From NCBI GenBank assembly GCA_016873515.1, contig VGXB01000003.1, positions 248-64,247 of the forward strand: a stretch of DNA of 64,000 nt, written 5' to 3'. A program made the translations under genes and the position numbers. The stretch is from Nitrospira sp. GTDB taxonomy: Bacteria; Nitrospirota; Nitrospiria; Nitrospirales; Nitrospiraceae. Shown here piece after piece: positions 40,465 through 50,816 of the stretch (position 1 is the stretch's first letter; each line of letters begins with the position of its first letter). The notes beneath the pieces are model-generated. The model was not told the DNA's origin and did no database searches. It worked only from the letters and a program-made list of their open reading frames with translations.

Positions 40465-40716
40465 GTGGCCGGTGTGAAATTTGAACAGGCGATGGCACGC
40501 TTGGAAGCCATCGTAGGCGAATTGGAAAAGGGAGATTTACCGTTGGATGAATCGTTGAAGATCTTCGAAGAGGGAATCCGCCTGTCCAAGAACTGCCTCA
40601 AGGTCCTGGAAGAAGCCGAACATAAGATCGAAGTGCTGGTGCAAGATAAAAATGGGAAGCGACAACTCAGAGCCTTTTCTGCCGATGACGGCGATGGAGA
40701 GACTTCCACTGGCTGA
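40465..40716 (+). CDS. xseB: Exodeoxyribonuclease VII small subunit
   Basis: FEQAMARLEAIV.ELE.G.LPLDESL..FEEG; AAAGGAG before GTG 40465. Confidence 0.93.
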   Translation: MAGVKFEQAMARLEAIVGELEKGDLPLDESLKIFEEGIRLSKNCLKVLEEAEHKIEVLVQDKNGKRQLRAFSADDGDGETSTG

Positions 40717-40775
40717 CGCGATGCGTTCCACTGTCCGGGGTCTTTTCTTCCCTGCATGTTTTTTCCAACAAGTTC

Positions 40776-41570
40776 ATGGTGTCCACGACGCGCGCTGACA
40801 AACACCGGCTCGATCAATGGCTCGTGATACGGGGCCAGGCACCCAGCCGCGAAGCCGCGGTCCGGATGATCCTTGCAGGAGAGGTCACAGTCAATGGCGT
40901 GATGGTCGACAAGCCAGCCAAGGCCGTGTCCGTCGACGCGCACATCGAGATCGTCCAGCATGCCTCCCGGTTTGTCAGCCGAGGGGGAGAGAAGCTAGAG
41001 GCGGCGCTGGCCGTCTGTTCAATTGATCCCCGTGACGCCGTCTGTCTCGACGTCGGCTGTTCAACCGGAGGATTTACCGACTGTTTGCTGCAGCACGGCG
41101 CCGCGCGGGTGTATGCGGTCGATGTCGGCTACGGTCAATTCGACTGGCGACTTCGGCAAGACCCTCGCGTGGTCCTGATCGAGCGGACCAACGTTCGCTA
41201 TCTTGAGCCGTCGGTGATTCCGGAGCGGATCGGCCTGACAGTTATCGATGTCTCATTCATCTCATTGACGAAAGTATTCCCCCCCGTCTTGCGATTTTCC
41301 ACACTGGGGGCGCGAGTGATCGCGCTGATTAAACCTCAATTCGAGGTGGGCAAAGGGCAGGTCGGCCGGGGAGGAGTGGTGCGTGATGAGGCACAGCGCC
41401 AGGAGGTGCTGCAACGGATTCTACGATTCGCGGAAGAGTTGGGCATGCGAGTCGTGAAGTCGATCAACTCTCCCATCAAGGGGAAAAAGGGGAACCAAGA
41501 ATATTTGGGAATTTTTGAGGTCGTGGCGCCAATTTGTAATATGCAAAGGGATGGCAACGGCCTTACTTGA
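40776..41570 (+). CDS. tlyA: TlyA-family rRNA 2'-O-methyltransferase
   Basis: S4 domain, FVSRGGEKL, DVGCSTGGFTD, DVSFISL, LIKPQFE. Confidence 0.95.
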   Translation: MVSTTRADKHRLDQWLVIRGQAPSREAAVRMILAGEVTVNGVMVDKPAKAVSVDAHIEIVQHASRFVSRGGEKLEAALAVCSIDPRDAVCLDVGCSTGGFTDCLLQHGAARVYAVDVGYGQFDWRLRQDPRVVLIERTNVRYLEPSVIPERIGLTVIDVSFISLTKVFPPVLRFSTLGARVIALIKPQFEVGKGQVGRGGVVRDEAQRQEVLQRILRFAEELGMRVVKSINSPIKGKKGNQEYLGIFEVVAPICNMQRDGNGLT

Positions 41571-41578
41571 CCGGAGGA

Positions 41579-42505
41579 ATGATGAAGGTACTGGTGACAG
41601 GCGGCGCAGGATTTATCGGGTCGCATATCGTGGATCGGCTGGCGGAGGAGGGGCATCAAGTCGTCGTGGTTGACAACATGACAACCGGGTTGCGGAGAAA
41701 CGTCAACCGCGCAGCTAACTTGTACAAGACTGATATTCAAGGTTGGCGCCTTGAGCGGATCTTTCGGAACGAACGGCCCCATGTTGTCCTGCATTTGGCA
41801 GCTCAGGTCAATGTGAGGCGCTCGGTTGAAGATCCGGTGTTTGATGCGCAGGTGAATGTGCTAGGGACGATAAATGTGTTGCAGCAAGCTGTTCGCCATG
41901 GGGTGAGAAAGGTGGTGTTCTCATCTTCCGGGGGAGCCATTTATGGGGAACAGGAACAGGGTCCTGCGCTTGAGTCCTATGCCACGAACCCAATGTCGCC
42001 CTACGGTATCAGCAAACTCTGCGGCGAACAGTACTTATTCTATTTTCAGCGCCTCAGCGGGATTCAAGTCGTGAGCCTTCGGTATGCCAACGTGTATGGG
42101 CCTCGGCAGAACCCGGATGGAGAGGCGGGGGTCGTGGCGATATTTATTCGGCAAATGTTGAATAACCAACAGCCCATTATCAATGGAAACGGCCGCCAGA
42201 CCAGAGACTTCGTGTATGTGGATGATGTCGTCGAAGCCAATTTGGCTGCAATGGGGCAGGACTCACAAGGGGTCTACAATGTCGGGACGGGCACCGAGAC
42301 GTCGGTGAATGAATTGTTTCTGATGCTCTCGGAGCTGACCGGAATGAGCTGTAAGGCAGTACACGGACCGGCTAAAGTAGGCGAGCAAAATCGGAGTGTG
42401 GTCGATCCGTCCAGGCTCAAGCAAGAACTTGGCTGGGAATCCAAAGTCAGTCTGACTGAAGGGCTGAGGAAAACCGCGGACTACTTTCGAGAGCACTCGA
42501 GTTAA
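41579..42505 (+). CDS. NAD-dependent epimerase/dehydratase (UDP-glucose 4-epimerase-like)
   Basis: TGGAGFIG, YGISK (YxxxK), RYANVYGPRQ, RDFVYV. Confidence 0.92.
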   Translation: MMKVLVTGGAGFIGSHIVDRLAEEGHQVVVVDNMTTGLRRNVNRAANLYKTDIQGWRLERIFRNERPHVVLHLAAQVNVRRSVEDPVFDAQVNVLGTINVLQQAVRHGVRKVVFSSSGGAIYGEQEQGPALESYATNPMSPYGISKLCGEQYLFYFQRLSGIQVVSLRYANVYGPRQNPDGEAGVVAIFIRQMLNNQQPIINGNGRQTRDFVYVDDVVEANLAAMGQDSQGVYNVGTGTETSVNELFLMLSELTGMSCKAVHGPAKVGEQNRSVVDPSRLKQELGWESKVSLTEGLRKTADYFREHSS

Positions 42506-42826
42506 TCAGTAACGAGGTACTTTCCCGTCTATCTGGAGCGACCAGGCATCGATCCCGCCGATCAAGTTTTTCACATTTGAGAATCCCTGTTGGAGCAAGA
42601 ATCCCGTTGCGTCTCCGCTCCTCATCCCATGGTGGCAATAGGCGATGATCTCGCTATTCTTATCCAGTTTGGCGAGGGATTGGGGTAAGGTTCCCAGCGG
42701 GATCAATGTGGAATTGTCCAGTTTGGCGATCGCATGCTCCCACGGTTCCCGCACGTCCAAGAGCACCAACTGATCCCCTTTGTCGAGCCGGGTCTTCAGT
42801 TCTTTCGGGGTGATCGTAAAATTCAT
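42506..42826 (-). CDS. Single-domain rhodanese
   Basis: LDVREPWE, YCHHGMRS, NLIGGIDAW. Confidence 0.92.
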   Translation of the reverse strand: MNFTITPKELKTRLDKGDQLVLLDVREPWEHAIAKLDNSTLIPLGTLPQSLAKLDKNSEIIAYCHHGMRSGDATGFLLQQGFSNVKNLIGGIDAWSLQIDGKVPRY

Positions 42827-42897
42827 GTGCCAGCCTCCTTCTCAACAGAAGACGATCATAAGCGACAGGGGAAAAGGCTGTCAAATATCGAACTGCT

Positions 42898-43593
42898 TCA
42901 GGTCACGTCAAATACCCACTTCCCACGGCGATCGGGGAGTCTGACCGCTTCAGATAGCCGCGTAATGAACTTGCGGCGGGGAATTTCTTCGGCACCGAAG
43001 CGCAGAATGTGTGGCGAGGATTGTTGGCAATCGATGAGGCGAAATCCCCAGGCGTGGAGTTGGCGCACTAGAGAAACCAGCGCCATTTTCGAGGCATCAT
43101 CGACGCGTGTGAACATGGATTCGGCAAAGAATGCTCCGCCAAGGGCTACTCCGTAGACCCCACCCACCAACTCATCCCCAATCCAGGTTTCAGCGGAATG
43201 GGCATGGCCTAATTCATGCAGGCGTGCATAGGCCTCGGTCATTTCAGGGGTAATCCAGGTTCCACCATCAGGATATTGCGGGCGTGGTCGCGCACATCCT
43301 TCCATCACGGCGCGAAAGCAGGTGTCGAGCGTCACTGCCACCAGACGGCGGCGGATGGTCCGATCGAGACTGCGCGAGATATGGAGCTTTTCAGGAAAAA
43401 GCACTGTGCGAGGATGAGGCGACCACCAGAGAATCGGCTGATTCCCGTTGTACCAGGGAAAGATGCCATGACGGTAGGCTTCCAGTAATCTTTCAGGCCG
43501 CAGATCGCCGCCGACAGCGAGCAACCCATCAGGCGAAGCCTGCTCAACCGGTGGGAAACGAAGATCCCGTCCTGTTGTGCTCAAGACAAACAT
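42898..43593 (-). CDS. aat: Leucyl/phenylalanyl-tRNA--protein transferase
   Basis: GLLAVGGDL, AYRHGIFPW, WWSPHPR, GESMF-like FAESMF, DASK, IDCQ. Confidence 0.95.
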   Translation of the reverse strand: MFVLSTTGRDLRFPPVEQASPDGLLAVGGDLRPERLLEAYRHGIFPWYNGNQPILWWSPHPRTVLFPEKLHISRSLDRTIRRRLVAVTLDTCFRAVMEGCARPRPQYPDGGTWITPEMTEAYARLHELGHAHSAETWIGDELVGGVYGVALGGAFFAESMFTRVDDASKMALVSLVRQLHAWGFRLIDCQQSSPHILRFGAEEIPRRKFITRLSEAVRLPDRRGKWVFDVT

Positions 43594-43639
43594 AGGAGGT
43601 AGAGGGGTTTAGCCTGGACAGAAGCTCTGAGTACAGCAA

Positions 43640-43939
43640 TCATCGCATATGGGCTGCTGTCAGGATCTGTTCTCGCATTTTGGCCCGCTCGATAGAAGAG
43701 AGGGCCGGGGCGGGGCTCTTCCGGCACAATGCTACGGTTTGGCGAAGGGACACGACGAATTCTTCGCAGCGGGGACATGCGCCCAAGTGTTGGCGGATTT
43801 CCCCGCAGATGTCGTGTGATAACTCATCGTCAATGAACGCCGACAATTCGCGAAGAATATGGAGACATCGTCCCGCCTCATGCCGATGAGACTTAGCTGC
43901 GGGAAGTCTTCGTCGCGTTGAAATGGGACGTCTTGCCAT
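43640..43939 (-). CDS. Zinc-binding anti-sigma factor (ZAS, zf-HC2)
   Basis: LSAFIDDEL...HLGACPRC (HxxxCxxC); no TM segment; follows an ECF sigma factor. Confidence 0.88.
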   Translation of the reverse strand: MARRPISTRRRLPAAKSHRHEAGRCLHILRELSAFIDDELSHDICGEIRQHLGACPRCEEFVVSLRQTVALCRKSPAPALSSIERAKMREQILTAAHMR

Positions 43940-43955
43940 GACGCATTTTCCTTTG

Positions 43956-44585
43956 CTACGTGATCGGTTCATGCCGGTGCGATGCAGTATCTTCGGCCAG
44001 CCCTCTTGCGCTGAGTTCACGGCGGACAAACAGCCGTGCACGATGGAGTCTCGACTTCACGGCCCGTTCGTTCAATCCCATAACGGCGCCCGCTTCCTTG
44101 GCGCTTAGGCCTTCCATATCGCGCAGGACGAGCGCCATCTTATATTTCTTCGGCAATTTGCCGACGGCGGCATCGAGCGCCTTCCGCAGTTGCTTGTTGT
44201 GGAGCGCGGCCTCCGGACTGAGTCCTTCGATGGGAATCTGCAAACGAAACTCGCCGTCAGACGTGGGAATGAACTCATCCAGCGACAGTTCCCGCTCCGG
44301 CGCTCCTTTTCGTCTGCGCCGCATGCGCAAACAGATCCGTGACGCGATGGTATAGAGCCAGGTGGAGAACTGCGCATCGCCGCGGAAGTTCTTAAACCCG
44401 CGATAGGCGTTCAAGAAGGTTTCCTGGACCAAATCTTTCGCCGCCTCGGTTTCGCCGCAAAGCCGGTTCGCATAGCGGTACATCACATCCACATGATTTC
44501 TGTAGAGGGCGTCAAAGGTGTCCGCCGCCTTTTGAGGGGGGGCGGTCCGGCTCGCTGAACTGTGGGGTTGGCGTGAGGCAGCCAT
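43956..44585 (-). CDS. ECF sigma-70 factor
   Basis: AKDLVQETFLNAY, FSTWLYTIA, EGLSAKE, VKSRLHRAR. Confidence 0.95.
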   Translation of the reverse strand: MAASRQPHSSASRTAPPQKAADTFDALYRNHVDVMYRYANRLCGETEAAKDLVQETFLNAYRGFKNFRGDAQFSTWLYTIASRICLRMRRRRKGAPERELSLDEFIPTSDGEFRLQIPIEGLSPEAALHNKQLRKALDAAVGKLPKKYKMALVLRDMEGLSAKEAGAVMGLNERAVKSRLHRARLFVRRELSARGLAEDTASHRHEPIT

Positions 44586-44645
44586 ACGTTCGGGCAGTCT
44601 ACGAAGAGAGGGAAAAGAGAGTCAAGGCAAGCGGCTGGTGCTGGA

Positions 44646-45726
44646 TTACTTCAGAGAGTGAAAATCGACGAAGGTCCCGTCTTCGATAAGCTCGAAGGTG
44701 GTCAGATTCCCTTCTCTAATACTTGACAGCGTGGCCTTCCCCCGATCGGCCGGATAAACCTGCTCCCCCTTCGGAGTCCACAGCCGCACACTGGTATGAT
44801 CCGGTGCGGTGAAAGCAAGTGGGCCGGTGACAAAACGACGCGTCACCGCCGTCGTGTTCGTAGCCGCCAGATCTGCGACCACAGTTTGCTGATGTATGTG
44901 CAGTGTTAAAGTTTGCCCCACCTTCGCATCTTTAATGCCGATCTTGGTGGTGACGGTGATGACGCCGATCAGCGTCTGGAGGAAAATGAAATTGGACTTC
45001 AGTTTGGAAACAGTCCCGGTCAGCAAAAGATGGGCGGCGGCTCCTTCCCACGGAATCTGTTTAATCTGAAGATCAAACTGCAGGTCGTGCACACCGATCA
45101 CAGGCTCCTTCGTATCGACTTTCACGGTGATGGCATTACCTTCCAGGAGAGCGGCGAGCGGCCGTTCGTGGGTGCTGAAGTTGAATGAATTGTCTCCTTC
45201 CGGCGCCCATCGCCACAACGTGTTTTTGGCTCCGTCATGTTGCGTGAATGGGCCACTGAGGTATCGGTGAACGGAGCGATCCATCGCTCCGTTTTCTGAT
45301 ATCGAGGGCAAGGTGGGCGCCGTGAATCCAGAAGGATACGTAATGAGAGGCGCGGAAGTCTTTCAGTGTTGTCTTCGAACTCAACGTGAACAGCTCAATC
45401 GGGATCTTCAAGAAGACAATGCCAGGCTTGGTTCGCCACCGTAACTCCTTAAGTATGATAGAGAGATTTCCGGCATCAGGGCGCCCATGAGATTGGGCCT
45501 GACCTTGTAGCGCGGGAGTCTCCGGAATGGGGTTCTGTGAAACAGAGTCCTGGAGAAAGGGACTCTCCGAAGCGGCATTCTGTGGAGTGGAAGGTTGCTG
45601 TACAGATTACTGATCGTCGGAAACCAGAGGTGTCTCTTCGGCATACACAGTCGCGGTCGCGACGACGAAGTCGGTCGCAGCAAGGGCATGAAAGAACCAC
45701 TGACCGGTCGAGCGTCGTGTCATCAT
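44646..45726 (-). pseudogene. Exported hypothetical protein, inactivated
   Basis: Signal peptide MMTRR...TVYA from 45726; in-frame TAA 45607-45609; frame continues to RKRSDGSL; +1 frameshift near 45273 into VHRYLSGPF... ending at 44646. Confidence 0.7.
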
Positions 45727-45921
45727 GGTCGAAGCCTCTCGGTCAGGGATCGCAGGTCTGTGAAGCGCGGGTACGGTCTCTCGGACTCAGCAGCGCAGGG
45801 TGTCACGCGACAGTGCACATGCAATGTCTATAGGAATAACATGGGTCGTGGAGTGAATCAATCTGAAAGCAGGTTTGTTATGCTGAGGCTGAGTCGTCTA
45901 ACTGAAAGCGCACGAGCGCAG

Positions 45922-47289
45922 TTACTTTTTTCTGACCAGCAGACGCAACGGTGTTCCGGTAAACCCGTATGACTCGCGCAGTTGGTTTTCCAGATATCGC
46001 AGATACGCGGGTGTGATGTCCTGGGGGTGGCCTACGAACAGAGCGAATGCTGGAGGTTTCGTTGTCACTTGGGTAATGAAGGCGGATTTGGTCGTTTTCG
46101 ACGGTTTACCTTTGCGGACCGGCAAGGGGTGCATCGATAGAATATTCTGCAGCCACACGTTCAACGCACCGGTGGGAACTCGTTTGGTGAACATCGCATA
46201 GACGTCGTCGATCTGGGCGAACAATTTGGAAGCAGAATCCGGCTTGAGGGCCGAACCGTACAGCACCGGCGCCCAGGGCAAAAAGGGCATGCGGCGCTGG
46301 AGTTCGAGTTCAGAGTCTTTTCTGGCTCCGGGGCTGCCCATGCGCAGATCCCACTTATTGATCCACAGGAGACAGGCGCGTCCCTGTTTCAGAATGGCCC
46401 CGGCGATCTTTGTGTCCTGCTCCGTCACGCCTTCAACTCCATCCAATACCAGCACGGCCAGATCAGATCGGCCGATGGCGCGGAGTGAACGCATGACGCT
46501 GTAGCCTTCAATACCGCGATCGATTTTCCCGCGTCGACGGATACCGGCCGTATCGGTGAACAAATACCGCTTGCCCTCATGCATGACGAGGGAATCGATG
46601 GGATCGCGCGTCGTGCCGGGAATGTCGCTGACGACGAGCCGCTCCTGACCCAGCAAGGCGTTCACGAGCGTGGATTTTCCGGCGTTGGGTCGACCTACCA
46701 CGGCGATGCGAGGCACGTCGAGCGCGTCACCAGAGTCATCGGCTACCGGGAGCAGCGGATAGATGGTGTCCAGCAACTCGGCGACACCAATCCCGTGTTC
46801 GGCGGAGACGGGATACAACTCGTCTGCTCCTAATCGATAAAAATCGGCGAGTAGGGATTCGACCTTCGGCGTATCGATCTTGTTGACGGCGACGAACACC
46901 GGTTTGGTGACCCCGCGGAGTAACTGGACGACATCCTGGTCGGGTGGGGTCAAACCTGCACGCCCATCGAGCAGGAGGATCAGGATATCGGCTTCCGCGA
47001 TGGCTAGTTCAGATTGGCGGCGGATCAGCGCCGGCATGCCGTCCGAGGCCGAGGGGTCAAGTCCTCCTGTATCGACCAGTCGAAATTTTCGGTCTCGATA
47101 AGCCGCATCCGCATAGTTCCGGTCACGGGTTACCCCTGGTACGTCATCGACAATAGCGGTTTTGGCGCCGAGGATCTTGTTGAAGAGCGTCGATTTTCCG
47201 ACGTTCGGCCGGCCAATGAGGGCTACCAACGGAAGGGCTGAAGGTTGAAGGCTGAGGGCTGAGGGGCGAAAAGGCGTGTGCTGCGTCAT
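45922..47289 (-). CDS. der: Ribosome biogenesis GTPase Der (EngA)
   Basis: Two G domains (GRPNVGKS/DTGG and GRPNAGKS/DTAG, NKxD) plus KH-like C-terminus. Confidence 0.97.
   Translation of the reverse strand: MTQHTPFRPSALSLQPSALPLVALIGRPNVGKSTLFNKILGAKTAIVDDVPGVTRDRNYADAAYRDRKFRLVDTGGLDPSASDGMPALIRRQSELAIAEADILILLLDGRAGLTPPDQDVVQLLRGVTKPVFVAVNKIDTPKVESLLADFYRLGADELYPVSAEHGIGVAELLDTIYPLLPVADDSGDALDVPRIAVVGRPNAGKSTLVNALLGQERLVVSDIPGTTRDPIDSLVMHEGKRYLFTDTAGIRRRGKIDRGIEGYSVMRSLRAIGRSDLAVLVLDGVEGVTEQDTKIAGAILKQGRACLLWINKWDLRMGSPGARKDSELELQRRMPFLPWAPVLYGSALKPDSASKLFAQIDDVYAMFTKRVPTGALNVWLQNILSMHPLPVRKGKPSKTTKSAFITQVTTKPPAFALFVGHPQDITPAYLRYLENQLRESYGFTGTPLRLLVRKK
47236..47263 (+). repeat. Four tandem heptamers inside the 5' end of der
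   Basis: GGCTGAA GGTTGAA GGCTGAG GGCTGAG. Confidence 0.75.
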
Positions 47290-47427
47290 GCGTCAATCGT
47301 CAAACGATAGGAAGCAAAAAGTCAGAATTCTGTAATACTGTGTCTATGATGACAGGAAAGTGAGTCCACAGACAAGCAGGGGCTTATGATACACTGATAC
47401 AATTCCGTTACGATTGACGAATGACCA

Positions 47428-48105
47428 ATGACGATTGATGGTTTTTCATGGGAAGCGATCGACGACGTTCTGCTGGATATGGACGGCACGTTGCTCGACC
47501 GGCATTTCGACAACTTCTTTTTCGAGGAAGAGTTGCCGCGCCGGTATGCTGCGCTGCACGATCTGACGTTTGAAGTATCACGCGACCGATTGATGGCCAT
47601 GTATCGGTCGGTCGAAGGCGAACTCGCCTGGACCGATTTGCATTATTGGACTAAGCGGGTGGGCATCAATGTCGTGGCGCTGCACAAGGAATTGGACCAT
47701 ATGGTTGGTTTTCTCCCAGGCGCCGAAGAATTCTTGCATCATCTTCTGCAACTGGGGAAGCGTGTGACCATTATCACAAACGCGCATGAGGCTGGTGTGG
47801 CTATTAAGATCGCCAAAACAGGTCTAAATCGGATGGTGGATCGCATCGTCGATGCGTTTGAGGTCGGCTATCTCAAAATGCGGCCGGAGTATTGGCCCAG
47901 CTGTCAGCGATTGCTGGGATTTGATCCGGCGCGGTCTCTCTATATGGATGACGATGAGGGCTGTCTGATCGCCGCCAAACAGTTCGGCGTGGCGCATCTG
48001 GTTCACAGCGCCAAGTCGAGCTCTCAACTGCCGCCAGCTCCGCTCGCCGAGTTTTATTCAATTACGGGGTTTACCCCGCTTCTTAACAGCCATCCGCCGC
48101 GCTAG
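47428..48105 (+). CDS. HAD-family hydrolase (YrfG-like nucleotidase)
   Basis: LLDMDGTLLD, ITNA, K, DD motifs. Confidence 0.88.
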   Translation: MTIDGFSWEAIDDVLLDMDGTLLDRHFDNFFFEEELPRRYAALHDLTFEVSRDRLMAMYRSVEGELAWTDLHYWTKRVGINVVALHKELDHMVGFLPGAEEFLHHLLQLGKRVTIITNAHEAGVAIKIAKTGLNRMVDRIVDAFEVGYLKMRPEYWPSCQRLLGFDPARSLYMDDDEGCLIAAKQFGVAHLVHSAKSSSQLPPAPLAEFYSITGFTPLLNSHPPR

Positions 48106-48304
48106 CGCGGTCTTTCCGTCACGACAGCCGTCGGGTCCCATTGTTGTGCGCAGTCTATCAAAGGGCGACGTTGCGATGGGCCGGCAATGTTGTTGCGTCC
48201 GAGAGGTCTGTGCTAGATTCTCAGCGTCGGTCGTGAATGTGCAGCTGTCGGCGATCAGCATGAGTGCGGCTGGAGCCGATGGTTAACCCCGATGTGGCTA
48301 GAGG

Positions 48305-50740
48305 ATGAGCAACACCTACGATCACCGCAAAATCGAGGCGAAGTGGCAGACGTATTGGGAGGAGCACCGCTCGTTTCGGGTGATGGACGACCCGTCGAAG
48401 CCCAAGTTCTATTGCCTCGATATGTTTCCCTATCCCTCCGGCTCCGGACTCCATGTCGGCCACCTTGAGGGGTATACGGCAACCGACATCGTGTCCCGGT
48501 ATAAACGGATGCAGGGTTTCAATGTCTTGCACCCAATGGGATGGGATGCATTCGGCTTGCCGGCCGAACAGTACGCGATAAAGACCGGTATTCACCCCGC
48601 GATCACGACTGCGCAAAATATCAGCACCTTCAAGCGCCAAATGAAACGAGTCGGGCTGTCCTACGACTGGGACCGGGAACTCAGCACCACGGACCCTGTT
48701 TATTATCGATGGACCCAATGGATTTTCTTGAAACTGTTCGAGCGGGGTCTCGCCTATGTGGCCGAGGTGCCGGTGAACTGGTGTCCAGCGCTTGGGACCG
48801 TGCTGGCCAACGAAGAAATCATCGACGGCAAGAGCGAAGTGGGCGGTTTCGATGTCGTCCGCAAACCGATGCGGCAATGGGTGCTCAAAATCACTGCCTA
48901 TGCCGATCGATTGCTCGAAGACTTGAGGTTGGTTGAGTGGCCGTCGAGCACGCTCGAGATGCAAAAGAATTGGATCGGGCGTTCCATCGGGGCCGAGGTG
49001 GACTTCGCATTGGCTGGCCGGAATGGATCGATCCGCGTATTTACTACCAGGCCGGACACGCTGTTCGGCGTCACCTATATGGTACTCGCACCGGAACATC
49101 CGCTGGTTGATATTGTGACCACTGCCGAGCAGAAATCGTTCGTGTCCGCGTATCGTGAAACTACGGCCAAAAAGAGCGATCTTCAACGGCAAGAACTGAA
49201 TAAAGACAAGACCGGCGTGTTTACCGGCGGCTATGCCGTCAATCCTGTGAATGGCGAACAGTTGCCGATCTGGATCGCCGACTATGTCCTGATGAGTTAC
49301 GGCACCGGCGCGATCATGGCAGTGCCGGCGCATGACGAACGGGACTGGATATTTGCCCGTCAGTATCGGCTGCCGATCCGCGAAGTGATCGCCGGTGGAA
49401 CGGTCACAGAGGCAGCCTTTACTCAGACGGATCGAGGCACTGTCATCAATTCGGCAACGGCAGACGGAAGTTTTTCGATCAACGGGATGATCCCTGCTGA
49501 CGCCATTCCCAAGGTGACGGCCTGGCTGGATGCGAAGGGGAAGGGTAAGAAGGCGGTCAACTACAAGCTGCGAGATTGGCTGTTCGCCCGCCAACGGTAC
49601 TGGGGTGAACCGTTTCCGATTCTGTGGATGGAGGGGGACGCGCGAGCGATTCCAGAAGAACAACTGCCACTCACGTTACCCGAGACGAGTAATTTCAAAC
49701 CGTCAGGGGCTGGTGAAAGTCCGTTGGCCAATCTGACCAGTTGGCTGGTAACGACGGATCCGGCGACTGGCAAACCGGCTCGACGTGAAACAAACACGAT
49801 GCCCCAGTGGGCGGGCTCCTGCTGGTACTATCTTCGCTTTATCGATTCCAAGAACCCCGCACAACTTGTCGATCCTGCAAAAGAACGCTATTGGATGCCG
49901 GTCGATCTGTATATCGGTGGCAGCGAGCATGCGGTGTTACACCTCTTGTACGCCAGGTTTTGGCATAAAGTTCTCTTCGACATCGGCGTCGTGAGCACGT
50001 CCGAACCGTTCAAGAAGCTGGTGCATCAGGGTATCGTGCTCGGCGAAGACAATCAGAAGATGTCGAAGTCGCGGGGCAACGTGGTGAACCCCGACGACAT
50101 GATAGACCGCTTCAGCGCGGATGCCGTGCGACTGTACGAGATGTTCATGGGCCCGCTCGAAGCGACGAAACCCTGGAGTACCAGAGGGGTGGAAGGGATT
50201 ACACGGTTTCTGGAACGGGTGTGGCGGCTGATGGTGAACGATGAGGGGAAGCTGTCCGAGGCCGTGGTCGCAGAGATGCCAACTCCCGATCAGCAGCGCC
50301 TGCTGCATCAGATGATCAAGAAGGTGACGGAAGACATCGAATCCCTCCGGTTCAACACGGCGATCTCGCAGATGATGGTCTTTACCAACGAGATGACCAA
50401 AGCGGAACGACGGTCGCGTCGGGTCATGGAGCCGTTCGTGATGCTTCTGGCTCCATTTGCACCGCATTTAACCGAAGAACTGTGGGAGAAGTTAGGGCAC
50501 CCACCGAGTGTTTCGCAGCAGCCGTGGCCTCGCTTCGACCCGGCCCTGATTGTCAGCAATCGGCTGACGATTCCGATCCAAATCAACGGCAAGCTGCGCG
50601 GGAAAATTGAGGTCGGTGTCCAGACAACACGAGACCAAGTGGAAGCCTTGGCCAAGGCTGAAGCGGCTGAATGGCTGCAAGGCAAAGACCCGAAGAAAAT
50701 CGTTTATGTCGAGAAGAAGCTGATCAACTTCGTAATTTGA
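48305..50740 (+). CDS. leuS: Leucine--tRNA ligase
   Basis: [14 protein letters not shown] (HIGH), editing domain [17 protein letters not shown]. Confidence 0.98.
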   Translation: MSNTYDHRKIEAKWQTYWEEHRSFRVMDDPSKPKFYCLDMFPYPSGSGLHVGHLEGYTATDIVSRYKRMQGFNVLHPMGWDAFGLPAEQYAIKTGIHPAITTAQNISTFKRQMKRVGLSYDWDRELSTTDPVYYRWTQWIFLKLFERGLAYVAEVPVNWCPALGTVLANEEIIDGKSEVGGFDVVRKPMRQWVLKITAYADRLLEDLRLVEWPSSTLEMQKNWIGRSIGAEVDFALAGRNGSIRVFTTRPDTLFGVTYMVLAPEHPLVDIVTTAEQKSFVSAYRETTAKKSDLQRQELNKDKTGVFTGGYAVNPVNGEQLPIWIADYVLMSYGTGAIMAVPAHDERDWIFARQYRLPIREVIAGGTVTEAAFTQTDRGTVINSATADGSFSINGMIPADAIPKVTAWLDAKGKGKKAVNYKLRDWLFARQRYWGEPFPILWMEGDARAIPEEQLPLTLPETSNFKPSGAGESPLANLTSWLVTTDPATGKPARRETNTMPQWAGSCWYYLRFIDSKNPAQLVDPAKERYWMPVDLYIGGSEHAVLHLLYARFWHKVLFDIGVVSTSEPFKKLVHQGIVLGEDNQKMSKSRGNVVNPDDMIDRFSADAVRLYEMFMGPLEATKPWSTRGVEGITRFLERVWRLMVNDEGKLSEAVVAEMPTPDQQRLLHQMIKKVTEDIESLRFNTAISQMMVFTNEMTKAERRSRRVMEPFVMLLAPFAPHLTEELWEKLGHPPSVSQQPWPRFDPALIVSNRLTIPIQINGKLRGKIEVGVQTTRDQVEALAKAEAAEWLQGKDPKKIVYVEKKLINFVI

Positions 50741-50749
50741 GTGAGGTGG

Positions 50750-50789
50750 TCAGCGATTAGCTGACAGCTGAATGCTGATGGCTGAAAGC
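50750..50789 (+). repeat. Tandem NNGCTGA heptamers with an inverted TCAGC
   Basis: TCAGCGAT TAGCTGA CAGCTGA ATGCTGA TGGCTGA AAGC. Confidence 0.75.
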
Positions 50790-50816
50790 CCATACACGAA
50801 CTCTGTACTGACCGGG

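Noticed and set aside
48106-48304. T-box or attenuator in the leuS leader
   Set aside because: No T-box consensus, Leu-rich leader peptide or terminator seen.
48221-49663. Long antisense ORFs (also 4862-6133, 16020-17102, 13731-14342)
   Set aside because: Shadow frames of real high-GC genes, with no motifs.
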